The translations under genes were made by a program, and so were the position numbers. A model generated the notes under the pieces. That model had not been told where the DNA came from. It ran no database searches and saw only the letters and a list, made by a program, of their open reading frames with translations. Below, piece after piece: positions 49,924-63,844 of a stretch of DNA of 64,000 nt (the first letter of the stretch is position 1; each line of letters opens with the position of its first letter). The stretch is taken from contig JASANG010000440.1 in assembly GCA_030248215.1 (NCBI GenBank), positions 124,001 through 188,000 on the forward strand. Reading direction: 5' to 3'. The DNA is from Enoplolaimus lenunculus. Taxonomy: Eukaryota.

Positions 49924-51459
49924 TGGCTTATGTAGGAATGTATAAATGTAATGCGTACGTATATATCAAGGTGCGACCGAATACCACACAATACCGGAGC
50001 CGGATATTAACGGCATAGATATGTCAATAAAAAGTACCTATAAAACTTAACTACTACATAATATAATTTAGTGCTACCTATTATTTGGTAAAATTTTTCC
50101 ATAAACGAGGTAGTTTACATAACAATGCTTCCTGAACCACCAGAAATTGGTACATACTTTCTAGGTGCTCGTTCTATTTCGCACCTTCATTTCTGCCAAT
50201 TCTAACCCCATCTTCACTTATTGTCATATCGCACATATATCATTTTGTCATTCATTATTCATTATTGCGTTGTTGTTCTGGAATGTTCGGCGGTTGTTTA
50301 CAGATTGCAAAGCGGAACTGGATTAAAGCGGAATCGGAATCGGAACAGCAAATTTATACCAGAATTGCAATCGGGACTACAAAATTTTGTTAGTATACGG
50401 ATTTGTGTTTTCATGTATAATATAGATTTAGGGTGTCTGTTGGCTGGCAAAATTTTTTAAACACGTCCCATGAACAAATTGGCAATCATTTTTGGCTCTG
50501 CAAAGCTAGACTACAATAATTATTGATAAGTTAACTCATCGAAAACTATTGAATAGATAACTGATGCAGAATTTTTATGCAACATATCACAACAAGTAGG
50601 ACTAAAATTAAAAAGTCACAATTCCGATTCCGATTGATTGATTGTGCAATCGGAATCGGAACTCGTTTTGAATCGCAATTCTAATCAGACAGCCGTAGGG
50701 ACGTTGAAATCAGTACTGTTGTGATGCAGAATCGAGTAATATCCAGAGTATACTCGCCTTCGGATCGGTCAAAATCTCCGCTTTTGAGCAGTCCTGACTT
50801 TATGTGTCAGTTTTGTGCAGCACAGATTCCTATCGAGTTACAGTCTCAAAATTTTAGGTAAACCTTTACAAATGCCTAGCTAAGGCATTACGGCTTTTTT
50901 GTACCCATTTCTTGATTTTTAACTTACTCATTTTTTATCCCGTTGACCAGTTGTGAGACAGTTGCACAACTAAACTCAAAATAGGCTGTATCACCATTTA
51001 CGTATTTGGTCCAAAATTCAAAAACTCTGACAAGCGATGTTAATTCGAAAACTGTGAAAAATTAGTCTTCCATTCCTGCTAATTGGTTGCATTTTTTGTA
51101 CCTTACAGTGTTACTACCAATGCTACTTTTAGGTTGTATCAGTAGATTAAAGCGTATTCCTAACTGTAGCTTAAGTGGTGCAAAATGTGTTCCTAGGCCT
51201 AGACTAAGCAAGAAACTGTAATCTAAAATCTAAACCATACTCTTTTACAAACCCACAGAAACCTGGACGCCCCTAAAGGAAACATGGGCTGTGTTAGTTT
51301 TATAGGCCCGTTTAAGCCTATAGAATCAGTGTTAATCCTAAGCCTAAGCAAAAAATAAGATAAGCGGGACGGTTTTGAAACAAACGCGACCTTTGCCGTA
51401 AATGCTGTTACGGGACGTTCGGACATTAATTCGTGCGTTTCAAGCGATTATTGTATAAT

Positions 51460-51916
51460 GAGTCATCCACGTTAAAATGCACGCACCGATGTAATAAATG
51501 TTCCACCCACCCCATTTGGAACAGCATCAAAATACACATTCTAGTTGGAGGCGAGGTATAGTTTCAGATATTGTTAATTGTCTAGACTCTGTCGGAAGGG
51601 ACTCAGTATAAATACATGTTTTCTGTACGATGTCAGGACATTACGTTAGCACACGCGCACACATCTAAAAACACACCTGTGCGCATATATTCACACGCGT
51701 CATTTAACGCAAAAGAATTGAGTCCCTTCCGAGGGACTATGGACAATATAAACAGCTCCCGATAATTACGTCAGGACAAGTAAATATTTAAAGGTTCAGA
51801 CAATGACATATTGACATCTCAGACAGTGTATAAAGAAAGTGGGCATGGACAACGTGGGCACCCAAAAGGGAGGGACATTTTTAACAAATGTGCGTGCATT
51901 TTAACGTGGATGACCC
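51460..51916. mobile_element. Non-autonomous TIR element between the divergent CCDC186 and PI4KA starts
   Basis: 27-bp TIR GAGTCATCCACGTTAAAATGCACGCAC / GTGCGTGCATTTTAACGTGGATGACCC (1 mismatch), flanked by AT on both sides. Confidence 0.75.
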
Positions 51917-52174
51917 ATAAAATGCACAACACCAGCTAGGAGGACAGGACCCACTGTCGAAGAGTCTGAAGGATTAAAAGGGAAGAGGACACTATTATGT
52001 TATACTGGAGTTTGTTGTTTTAAACTCAGATGACACACCCCAGGTAAAATGTACAAATGAAACGCTACTCTTCCCAAAACCAAAATCCAGTTTACACAAA
52101 TGTAAAAATTAATTCCATCGTCTGTTCCACAATTTAGGAGCGGTTAGAATGGTTTGCCTAGTTGTTTATCTAAC

Positions 52175-52245
52175 GCAACCGGGAAGTACTTGTCTATGTT
52201 TATCGGAAGTCATTTTTCATTGTACGCTGTGCCAAAATGGCCGTT
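52175..52245. promoter_or_regulatory. Candidate shared promoter motifs (two ETS-like GGAAGT, one YY1-like AAAATGGCCG)
   Basis: Motif cluster in non-repetitive DNA between two divergently transcribed genes; motif match only. Confidence 0.25.
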
Positions 52246-52710
52246 GAGTGTATTTTTTTGGAATTATTTTTTTCCCACGCCAATCCTATAATTATCGTAC
52301 TCTCAGGAAAATGTTCTCCGGGGTCATTGTTTGGGGGTCATTTTTTTATGTGGCAAAGGCCCTGTTCTGTGCATTGTCGATGTATAATATTGTAAATATA
52401 TATACTTAGCTAGTGCTTCGTTAAAAGGCTGAACGGAATGGAACTGAGCTAATCCTACACGAATTGAAAACCTTTTTAAACATGAAAAGTCTTGCATTTT
52501 TGAGTTATTCTGAAACAATCTAAACATGTAAAAATCAGTTTGGTTTGTGGAAATTGAACCGTATGTATAAGTTTATTGTTAACCTAGGTGCAACGATCAG
52601 TATTTAGCGATACTTTGTATTTTTAGATTCTAGTTAGGCCCGTAGGTAGTTTATTTTGGTATGTTAGGTGTCGATGAATAAAATCATAATAAATTCATAC
52701 GTAACATTAT

Positions 52711-55700
52711 ATGATGGACCGTCATAGTTTCTTCTTCAAAACCGCCAAGACAATGGCCTATTGTATGGCGTCTGCGCCTGGTATCAGTTGGGAAAGGGTA
52801 AATCTTGTATATAATAAAATTCATAAAGAAATTCATAAAGATGTTGTTTGACAGCATTGGTCTGAAAGGTGCTTTCAGTTTCTTGAAAAATGTTATAACT
52901 AACTAACAGCATATTGGATTTTTGTACACCAATTTATATTTACATCTGAAAACGCGTCTTTTTAGAAAACTATGCACGTGTATATATCTTCGTTTTGCTT
53001 GTGACTTAGTAGAACAACAGGGTTAAGGTTATCGTAGTTGACGTGCGGAAAGCACCTAAAACAAAGGAACTTTCGGCACAGTAGTTTGACTAAGGTCGGC
53101 AGCTTAAGCATATTACTTGTATTGTATCAATACTCGTGCTTTACTCGTATAGCTTTATAACGGTGTTGGGGGGATTAAAAGGGGAAACTGACTGCATTAC
53201 TGAACCAGAGCGATCTAGCGTCATTGGAATACAGATGTAAGCGCGGAGTTGGTGGTTTCAACCTGTAACCGAAATGATGAACTATTCACAATGAAGGTTC
53301 CTTATTTTTGTTTATGGTTCAGACACTTTCATAAATTTTGTTAATTTAGGTTGACAAGCTGTTTCGGTATTGTCCGAGCGGGTTGGCCCCTGACTCGCTA
53401 TTCAACCAGAAGTCAAGGGATGCTATAATCTGCTGCGGAATATTTCTATTGGAGTCTGGTCTACAGGCAAGTTATAGTTCTTGAACGATTGTTTTATACA
53501 TAACTTCGAACTAGTGTTTTAAGAAATAAAAACATTTCGTTGGTGGGGTGTGGCGGCTCCCACCATTCGGCCAAATCCTCACTCGGAAAATCCACCCATT
53601 TAGGGGCACGTCCGAAACATCTCACCCCTTGGGATGGGAGGTCTCGGTTAAAAACCGAGACCGAGACCTGACTACCGAGACCGGCCGAGAAAAATCTCGG
53701 TCTCTGTCAAGTTTTAGCCATCACCGAAAAAATAGATTTTCAAGCAAAATATATTATTTCTAATGCTTTTTTCGTAGTTTTATTTGTGTTTTTTATAGTT
53801 TCCAAAAGTCTTTTGTGTTTTTCCAGAATATCTGATCGTAATTATTGCGTAACTATGAAATTGAATAATTTCACGGAAAAATTTTTTTTCAGCCATCATT
53901 TTTTTCAACAACACAGTCATACATTTACAGAATCCTCGACTTCTGGTATGGGTTCTAAATCACCGAGACTCAATCAAAAAAAGCGAGACCGAGACCGAGA
54001 ACTGCCAAATACCGAGACTTACCGAGACCGAGACTACCATCCCTGCCCATCCAGACTCAAAATTGGGCTAGTGAAATGCCAGAATACCTATGTTATATTC
54101 GTTTGACTTGTATATTGATCACCTACGAGATGTTACAATTTGTGTACGTATCTTGTGGTGGTTGACAAATTTTATGTTCATAGCTAATAAAATGATATGC
54201 TATAGTTTTTTCAAATTTTTCTGGAATTGATGTGTTTTGCAAATCACCATAGATAATATGGACACCAATTTAACCAATGTTTGTTTTAACAGGTCTTACT
54301 GTTTCGTGGTTTATTCTTGTTTTATAGTCTTTTAGCATGATGATACGTTTGTGCCATATTTTTTAAACGCTCTCAAATGTTTACCGGAGCTAAAATGGGT
54401 TGAAGATGTTGGATTAATACGCGGTGATAGTAAGACCGTTTCGTTTCATCAGTGATTTTCGTACTTTGTTCATTTTTACAAATGAGAATATCATGGTAAT
54501 GACCTGAGTGCATCCCTGTATATGTCCGGTTTTGTTTTTGTATCTGCCCGAATCCAAAGAATTATTGGGTTGCGGTCAACGACAACTGGCCTGTGTATTT
54601 ATGCTCTTGTAATAGTCCTTCCAATAACTATTGACTGGACAACTTGAAACAATTTGACTTATTTGATATATTTTGCTGCAAATTTTGTGTAAATCATTAC
54701 TCATTTTAGTAAGCAAGTACTTGTTTAACATTTTTGTGTATTTCAGGAATTCCACATTATGAAAAGTTTGCGTTTTGTTTAAATACTATTTTATCGGATG
54801 TTGCGGCGCGTAGTAATAAATGGCGAAATCAGGTTATTAGAATTTTATATGTTCCAATTACAATTTTACAATTAAAGGTCGGCATGAAGGTGCAACCGGT
54901 AGTCTATTCCAGTAATAATAAAAACACCCGGATCCGGTAACCTATTGTTTATGAACAGAATCACAATATTTCGCAATAAGTTTTGTTGGCAATAATTCTT
55001 TGTATAATTGATTTGGTGCGATGACATTTTGGGAATTGAACCAGTCCTTAGTAACTTGTTGACTGTTATGATTACAGTTTTTTCATTGCAGATAATTCGA
55101 GAACAGTTGGCATTATTGACGCGGCTAACAGATGAACTGGTTGTGATAGCAGAAAAACCGTTGGTTGATATTGATGAGAAAATAAACGCAATGCAATCGT
55201 TGTGTGTATTAATTGGTTTGGTTCGAGCTTTAGGTAAGTTTCTTGATTTTAAACGGTGTTAAGTAAGTTCGGTAGCATCTGATAGGATCGTTATGGTATT
55301 CGAATACAGCTTTATTGTGGTAATCTAACGTGTCATATGTGTATAGGCTCTGTTTCAAGCAACGTTTCTGACTGATTTTAACCGTCTGAGTCTCTGACTG
55401 CGGTGATAAACCGTTTGACTGATGCCCGCAAATTTGAAAACTGCCTGAAAAACTGAATTTAAATATTTTTAAAATAGCTATAGCTTCGAAACAGTTTGTT
55501 CATAAAGTTGCAGCGTGATTTAACGTTTCAATTTCCAGTCACTTTCTTTGTGGTTTTTCAGGTCGATTTTCTGATAATTTGGCGTCTCCAGTTATTAGCC
55601 AAGTATTTCCATGTTCGTATAATCGAAACAAACGTTTGGGCGGGGTTGATGGTCAGGATGGATCAGGTTGCGATGCGAAGTAAGTGATAAGTATGGAGAC

Positions 55701-58700
55701 TTCGACCCGTTTCAAAATTGTGATCAGTATATCTTTTTAGTGTGAATGAGAAATGAACATTTGAATTACTATTACTTACTTTTTGATATTGGTAGCTCTT
55801 GATTTTGAATTAACAAGCAATGTCGCGGCGACCTTACTTGTTAAGAAGTGTGAACGATAACATTATAAGTAGTATTTGAATGTACAAGGCCTCATTTTGG
55901 GGATCAACTACTTTTTATCCTGCGGTATTAGAGAAAGTTTAATGAGCGAGTTTTAATTTAAATTGCTAATTGCTGTTCAGGGAGTCAGCTTCAAAAACAA
56001 ACCGAACAACAAGTACGGGGTCGCCGGTCGTCGGCGGACCAGGGTCTCGGAGATTTTATCTACGCAAATCATGTTGTTCTGGAACGCTGAAAAACTTGCG
56101 CCATGGATATCTGAGTCAGACTTCAGAGCCGTATAATGCTGAAACATATTTTTTCACCAAATACGGATCGAGTTTTTCGGCAATTGGCGCAGTGCATGAC
56201 GCGTTATGTGTTGCAGCAGTTTCAGCTGTAGGTAGGCGGATTTGGTCATACATTGAGCGAGGTTCTGGTTTTTGAAACAATTATAAGTTACCGGCTACGA
56301 AAACTAAAACGCATATTACATGCAAAATTCTTCGGAGGTTTCCTACTGAGGGGGAGGGGACTGACGCCCGCGTTGATGCCCAAGTTGACCTCACCCCACT
56401 TTTGCTGTATCTTGCAAACACAAAATATTAACAATTTCCAGATTTTGAAGTATATATAAAGTACACCAGATTTATCGTCACGTATAAATAAATTATAAGT
56501 CGAGGTGTGGTTACGAAACGGCAAAGTTTTGCCTCCATGTGTATTAGATGTATACCTTAATAAGGGTGGAAAGCGGAAAATACGACATTTATGGTGTAGA
56601 AATTATACTTATCTCCACCTACATTTGGGCTTCGCCCAGCTCTTCCCTCTGGTAGTGTGTGAATTAATGATTCACTTCCCGCAGCCTAGGAAAACCCCAG
56701 AGAATCAAGAAAAACTTCCCTGCAAAAGTGTCGTACGTGGTAGTATTGTTTTACAGACAATTCAAATCAGAGCATGGGTAGTGGCTACGATATTGAAGCG
56801 TTTGATTTTAAACACAAAGATGATGCTGCGCCCCAACAACCAAAGCGACTTAAGCAGCCAGATTTGCTGCTAGGAATGTCGGAATTGGAAATTATTCTGA
56901 AGCTGGTACGTAAGTTTTCTTATCTGTTTTCATTTTATTGTTACGGAAGTCAGGATGTGACCTTGATAGCTTACGTGGTATTGGTTGTAGATTAGTTGAA
57001 ATTATCTCAATCGTTGTATTTGAGTTGATTTCTTTGCTACAGCGTCTGGCGGTCCCAGGATTTTTGTCCGGGGAGCGGCCTTCTAGATTTTTTATATTTT
57101 AAGCCATGTAATAAAATGACATTTGTTCTAAAAATATAACTGTTCACGATAAATTACGGGGGCGGTGGCCACCCTTCCACCTGTGACCGCCCCTAGTTAC
57201 AAGAATCTGAGGGTAGGTTGGAAGGCAGATAAATTGTATCTTTAGCGGCTATTCGGAACTGACTTTTTGTTTGTGCTTTGAAAATTTTATACGTAACATT
57301 ATAGCGCGCTGACGTACAGCAACGGATGGGACCGGACAACGTTAAAGTTTATAAAAGAGCATATACTGTCACCCTTAAAGTGATATTTTAAAATGTGTTT
57401 GTATTTTTATTTTGGATCATTAATGTTAAAGCAAATTCTATTAACTTGTTTTAGGCTCAACGGCTGTTGAAATTTGATGTCCTGACAGTATTGGATAATC
57501 ATGCGACGGACGTGTATACGGTAAGTCATTAAAACGTAACAGTGCTATTAAGTTGAGCTATAGACAAACTGTGAATGTAACACTATGTTTATGTGGAATA
57601 ACGTTAATTTTGCAGTTAGCAGAAGATACATAACCAAAAGGATTATGCATGCAATATGGGTTGAAAGAAATTTGTATAATGGCGTATGACTTCAATTTAT
57701 TATAAATAGGGGCCGTATTCTCAAACGTTAGTAGTATTGCTACACAGTGTAATGAATGTTCGGCTCAGGTGCTTGTCTTGTAATCTTGTGTGTGTGTTTA
57801 GCATAGTATCAGACAGCTTCTATGCTGTGTAAAAATGTTTATTTTTAATTTCAGAGTGATAGTTTCCGTGGATTTCCGTACAAAACAGTCGCCGAACCGT
57901 TACAGTTGGTATTTGTGATTTTGTTACGCGATGTGCTGTATCCGTACGAACGTTTAACGATTGGTAGTCCAAGTGGAAGTGGGCCTGGCGGTAAGGCTGG
58001 TCAGCATGGTGGTGGCCGCCGAAGGTCTAGTGCAGCACACTCGTGCCATTCTGCAACGAAAGGGGTCGCAGGGCAAAATGCGGCCGAATACGTTGGACAA
58101 GAAGGTGTGGTAGCTGCGGTACCACGCCTACCGATGGAGTTTATTAAAAAGGTTAGTAAAGTTTGTGATATTTAATAAAAAACTCATTGAAATCACTGAA
58201 GGGAGGAAGTGTGATTGACTAATGATGCTGTTTAAGTTATCAGGTAGCAGGAGAGGTGCAGGGGACGTGGCGGCGTAGGCACCACCCAAATTTCCTGTAT
58301 ACAGATAACTTTTTAGCTGGAAAATTTAAGTAATACTCATCGGATAACTTTTTAAAAGTCTGCCTCTCCCGAAACAGTCTCTATTGGGCCCGCCAGTACC
58401 AGTTAGTGGTATAGTTTGAAACATAACGAGCTGTGTCATTTGTTTAAATCGGAATGTTTTGGATTTCAATGTACTAATCGCTACAGTCCTCTAGTGTTTT
58501 GCAAGTCCAAGCTATCAAAAGGTTTCGCGAAGTTAGTGAAGGCAGTGGGTGATTAATAAAATAGTGTTTGAATTGAATTGGCACAAAATTCAGAACTGCG
58601 CATTCTCTGGGTCGTGATGGAGTGAGGGGCGTCAACTGGGAAACCCGGTTCGCAACGGGGGGAATTTCTAAGTGTGGGGGTTGGTTGCAGAATTTTCAAT

Positions 58701-61700
58701 AAAGCGACAGATGCACAAGCCAGTGTTCAGTTACGCCTACAAATAACAACACAGTGAAAAGTAACCAGTTAAATAATAACACAGATCAAATATATGACAC
58801 ATGATAGAGAGGAGAGGGCCTGTTTAATTCATACTTATGATGTTTTTCCAAAAACGCAAGGAATAAACCGGCGGACGTGGCGTTTGGTAGGTGGGGGCCC
58901 ACCCCCCAGTAGCGTACCCCCAGCTTAAATAAGCTATGTGACAGTATCTATAGCCACCAGGTAACGATTAGATTTTAAACAGAAGAGTTAGACCAGGGTT
59001 GAGTTTAATTTTTGAAAATGGTTGTAGTTTTCGGGCGTTGAATATCACTTGCGACTTGTAGCGATGAGTGTTTTGAAATTTAAAGACTATCGCTTTTATT
59101 GCAAGCTGTTATATATGAACGAAATAATTTTTGTTTTCATTTAAATCAGAGTATTGATAATAGTGGTGGTATGGTGTTGAGCGTAGTGTGTAAAGTTGTA
59201 TTGCATGTGTCCCCGGGAATAACCCAATTGCATGCTATTTATTTTTATCCAACCCGAGTCTATTGGAATAGAATGTTATTGATAATATCACTGTTTTTGT
59301 TTCCAAAATAGGCGTTATATACCGTCTAATGCTATATTTTAGGCAGAATTTAAAAATCTAATTGTGAAAGGTATCACTGTGATCTTTTTCCAAAGCCAAA
59401 CATAGTTGTTGTGTTTAAGTACCTAAACTCTGCCTCCGCTGTTTTTGAAATAATTCTTATCGTCAAAAAAGTTGCCATTATTTGTTTATGCGATTCTATT
59501 TACAGAACGTAAGTTTCTGACGCTTGAATCAATGTATGGCACATACTGGATTGACGGCCATATTTTCGATTAATTGCACTCGCACTTGTTGAAAGTTCAC
59601 AGTGCAATTCGCTTACTGCTGCTACACAGCACAATCTTTTGAGTTTGAATCACTAATTTATCGTCACACTTGTGGGGCAAAGTTGAAAAATTAAGCTGTA
59701 TAAGCGGATCTGAGTGAGACAAATCAAGTTGTTGCTGGTAAGTTAGTTGGAAAACGCACTGCACCAGCACGGTTTTTGTTGGTGACTGGAAACATTTCTC
59801 TGAAATTCGCACTATTTGTGGTAAAAATGCCACAAAAAATTTCTCCGTTACAAAGTCTTTTTTATCCACTGTGTTATGGTTATGGTAGGACAGTTTTTTT
59901 GAAATTTCTTCGGGTAAACGGGGGTCATTTTGTACTGATCGCATTGTGCAATAGAGTATGCCATGGAATGGTGAAAAAATTGAAGTTGTAGGCAAAAGTA
60001 TTGTGTTTCTCCAATGCGAACGAAGTCCCGTTTGAGGTTTTCTTACTGCGACCCCCAGTAGATGCCGTCAGTTTTCAAATTGGTACAAGCTTAAAAACAA
60101 TATATAATTAGCAGAGTTGCATAGCTAATTTATGCCAGCTTTAACATTACACACGACTTGTAGGTCGGCACAGCGTATCGCCACGAGACGTTGTTGCGTC
60201 TCGCTTATTATATATTAGATAGATAAACGATAGGTGCTAGGTTCGGTTCCGGGCCACGGGCCATCCGGTTCCGTGGATAAAGTTAGTAAAATTCAAATTT
60301 TCAGAAGCTCAATCAGGCTGTACGCATATTGATTCTGGTTTCGCGTGAAGTTATCGCTTCAACTTTACTAAACATTTAGCTTGAATTTAAGCTTGAAATA
60401 CTTGAACGATTAACAGCAGTGTAGACACGAAACAGCGTTGTTATATGCCTATCCAGTATGAGTATCCAGTTTTCGAATTGATACCTACATCATTGTCAAG
60501 TCGGAAAGTGAATTTGATTGATTGTAGTCCCCCTAATTCAAAGTGTAAGCGTTTATAAATTCATTTAAATCTGTCAGTGGCTGTTAAAATTCATTTCGAG
60601 TGGACAGACGAAATAACTCACCTTTATCTTTATGGCTAAGGTAAAAACAAGCCTTACTAAATTGATTATTAACCCAGAAACGAGTAAAATCGAACAGTAC
60701 AATGAGTTAAGCAAGTATGCAATTTCGGAGACAACATTTTATTAGATTTTGAGGGTCACATAATTACGTATTTAATCTCCCTCTGCGTCACCTTTATGTT
60801 GGTTTTGCTTTCATTACAAACCCGGCTCCTGCCACAGGTAAAATCCTGGCCCTGGCAGGTCTCTAATAGGTACGTATCTAGCGAGACCGCAGACCACGAA
60901 AACAAGAATTTTAAGGTACAAAAATGTACTTTTCTTCGCCTTTCACTCACCAACGACTTATGGAGCCGTAGAATTATGTTATTCGAAAGTGAACCGCAAG
61001 TCCACAGTGGACTTAGATGTTTGTTTTTAACTAAAAGTGTTCTGTGCTCTTTATGTGTGTATCTTGGCCTTTTTTACGGGTTTTGGATCAAATGCGAACA
61101 TTTCTCGATTGCGTTTGCTATTTTGTATGAATGTGCCAATTAATTGGCATCGGTAATATCGGCTTATATTGGGATCATCATAGGCATTGCAAAATAATTG
61201 CCGATTTTTTTGTCGATACATTTTTTGCTCTTAGCAGTGAGTTTGAATGTTATTAATTTCCCTTGCTACCATAAATCAGTGCGTTTGATTAGGGAAACTG
61301 CTACATATCTTTTTTGCGTTTGCGTTTAAAGAAAATAAATTGAAATGAATCGTTTGCATTAAGTATAAATATTGTTGATGGTGGTTAAAGTTTCAATTTG
61401 TTTTTGAGCGCCGGGTATTAAAATTTGAATTATCATTGACAAAATTTGAAAATAACAATAATATCGGCATCGGCAAAAATTTTCGCATCAGCACATCATT
61501 GTAGCATTTTGAATTTGTTTTGTTTGCTGCTTGAATAATTGTTTGTTTGCTTTACAATCAGTTTTTTGGGGCATAAGCACCAATACTATTTTGCAGCATA
61601 TGACCAGTTTTTTGCACCAAAATGTGTCACAATATCCGGTTGTGGTTGATTTTATGTAATTTAACATTTGATTCGCTTTATCGTAACAGATTTAATCAGT

Positions 61701-63844
61701 GCCGGTATGTGTTTGAGCCTTGTTTAAAATGTTGACAACACGATTCTACCGGCTTTCGCATTATTATGCTGTGGTCATGTTCTTCTGTGAGTTGTATCAG
61801 TTCTTCTGAAGGATGTACCAGAATTTATTAGTTATGATTAAATATTTTTATTATAACCGTTATTTTAGTTATTGTCATTTTATTTATATTGTCGCTTTTT
61901 TGTTGCTTTAGGTTCAAAGTTTCATTGCGTCGTTGTTTTTGGCTGGTCAAACTGAACTGCAATCGCGATCGTACGACGTTTCAAGTCTCGAACGAAACAA
62001 ATCAAAAGACGCGAAGACAGACAAAACACAGCAGCAACAAACACAACGGCTGATAAGCGGTGAAAAGTGTATGAACAAACATAAAATACTGTTGCAGTGT
62101 AATGCGGCGTGTATTGAATTACTGGTTTGGGCTGTTATGGACGATGCTGGCAAGTTGTCGCCGGATGGGGTGGGATAAGCTGTATTCTGGAAAGGGCGTA
62201 TCCATGTTTTAACGATACCATAGCCTACTAGAGGCGCAGCCAGGATGTCAGAAGGATGTTAGAAAACGGTTACGTTGTGTAAAAATTTCGAAGCAAAGGT
62301 TTTTGTATTACAAACCAACTGAAAACTTTTTAAAAACCTGTGGACAAAATGCAAAATGGATTTGACCCCTTCTCTCTAGGCTACGCCCTTGTGTTCTGGG
62401 TTGCCGGTTTTCGATGTGTTTTCTTATTTTTCGTAGGAAGTGAAGACCATAATTTTATTTTTCTGCAGGTGTGACCTGTGGCGGCTAATGGTTTACTGAA
62501 TTTTCATTTCAGATGCAGACAGTATATCGAGTCGTATTTCTGAACGCATAATATCGTTACATGGACATCGGTTTGGATTTTCGTTGATGCCGCTACTGGT
62601 GGTTTGCCTTGAGGTTCGTTTTTGGGAACAAATCTCATTGGTTTACAAAAAGGGCGAACTATGCAATCGTTCTGCGTGCATGATGTGTATAAAATCTAAC
62701 AGTCAACGGTGAGTATTGCAGCGATATTCAGTGTCCGTTGTGTCAGTTTTAATTGTACTTTATAAAATTATTTTGTTTAGGCTCTGGGAAAACTGGCCGA
62801 AAAAGTTCCGCTGATAGCTACAACGTCAATCATAAGCACGTTGAGCGATTTTTTGCTTGTTCCTTCTGCAATTTTGGTCAAATTGATGGAAGATCAGTCG
62901 TTGGTGCCGCAACAGGATTCTACAGGAGCTTTAAAGGTAAAATGTGTTCTAGTATGGATCTGTTGTTCGTGGTTTGTATTTAAACCTTGGTGACAACAAA
63001 AGTTCGGACTCGGATTCGATTGTGAAAAAGCCGAATCCCAGAAGTATGTTCGACAGTAGCAACCCTTGAAACCGTTGAATTTGGTTTTGGCGACTTAAAA
63101 TCAAATTTCTATATGGGGATTTTGTAAAACGCTCATTTTGCTCAAGAGGTTTTGAAACTACTATTACTGTTAACATTTAGCTTGATTTACTAAATATTTG
63201 TTAACATGTGTGATTGATAAGTAGTTTTGATAATATGGTAAGCAATGAGTAATATTTTTCAAGCGGTCCTTATTCGCACAATGTATGTTTTTCTGAACAA
63301 AAACTGGAAATGACCTTGGAAATCTGTGAATGTCGCACTAAGAAGTTACCCTTGAAGACTTTAAAATTTAAACGAGGCGTCACTCTGCACATAGTGACAA
63401 TGAGGGTGTGGGCAACAGGCTAAGGACCAAACCAGTATGATGACAGTTTGAGCAAAGTCATAACAACATGAAAAACAGATAACGGCGTGAGAGAAAAAGC
63501 GCAACTGCGTTGACGTTATTTCAGATGGCAGCCGTGTTAATAACTGATCTCGTATTTTAGATGCCTGCGTTACCGTATCTCAAAGAGCATGTGGCTGCGG
63601 CTGCTAGTGCTGCAAGCAACTTATCGCAAACTGATCAATCACTAAACGGTGTTCCGTTGTTGAAATCCGACAAAATTGCCGCTGATGCTCGTAAACGCGA
63701 CTGTTTTGAACGCCTACGTGATATTGCAATTGACAGTTTGGTGCGTGCATTGCGTGCTGCAAGACCAACTAACGCGGAATGCATTCAAGCTTGTTTGGCG
63801 TCGATATCGGCACGGTTATATACGGCCACTGGCGAGACTGATAA
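52711..63844 (+). CDS. PI4KA: Phosphatidylinositol 4-kinase alpha (PI4KIIIalpha/Stt4 family), N-terminal 14 exons; the gene continues beyond the window
   Basis: Exons: 52711-52797, 53350-53466, 54336-54429, 54747-54832, 55092-55233, 55562-55679, 55981-56231, 56757-56905, 57455-57520, 57855-58151, 61912-62149, 62513-62613, 62781-62936, 63561-63844. Phases are consistent when two GC donors (53467, 62150) are used. PI4KA-like segments: RDAIICCGIFLLESGLQH, FAFCLNTILSDVA, LIGLVRALGRFS, FPYKTVAEPLQLVFVILLRDVLY, CNAACIELLVWAV, FERLRDIAIDSLVRAL, LASISARLY. The kinase domain is not in the window. Confidence 0.88.
53631..54045. mobile_element. hAT-like MITE with ACCGAG subterminal repeats in PI4KA intron 2
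   Basis: Inverted termini GGGATGGGAGGTCTCGGT / ACCGAGACTACCATCCCTG, with clustered ACCGAG hexamers near both ends. Confidence 0.6.

Noticed and set aside
59597..59995. 132-aa antisense ORF nested in a PI4KA intron
   Set aside because: No recognisable homology, and I could not build a consistent exon chain.
33178..63844. Intron-encoded telomerase RNA with a short GCCTAAGCC-type template
   Set aside because: Every CCTAAG/TTAGGC match I found belongs to a MITE remnant; I saw no isolated sense-strand template with supporting structure.
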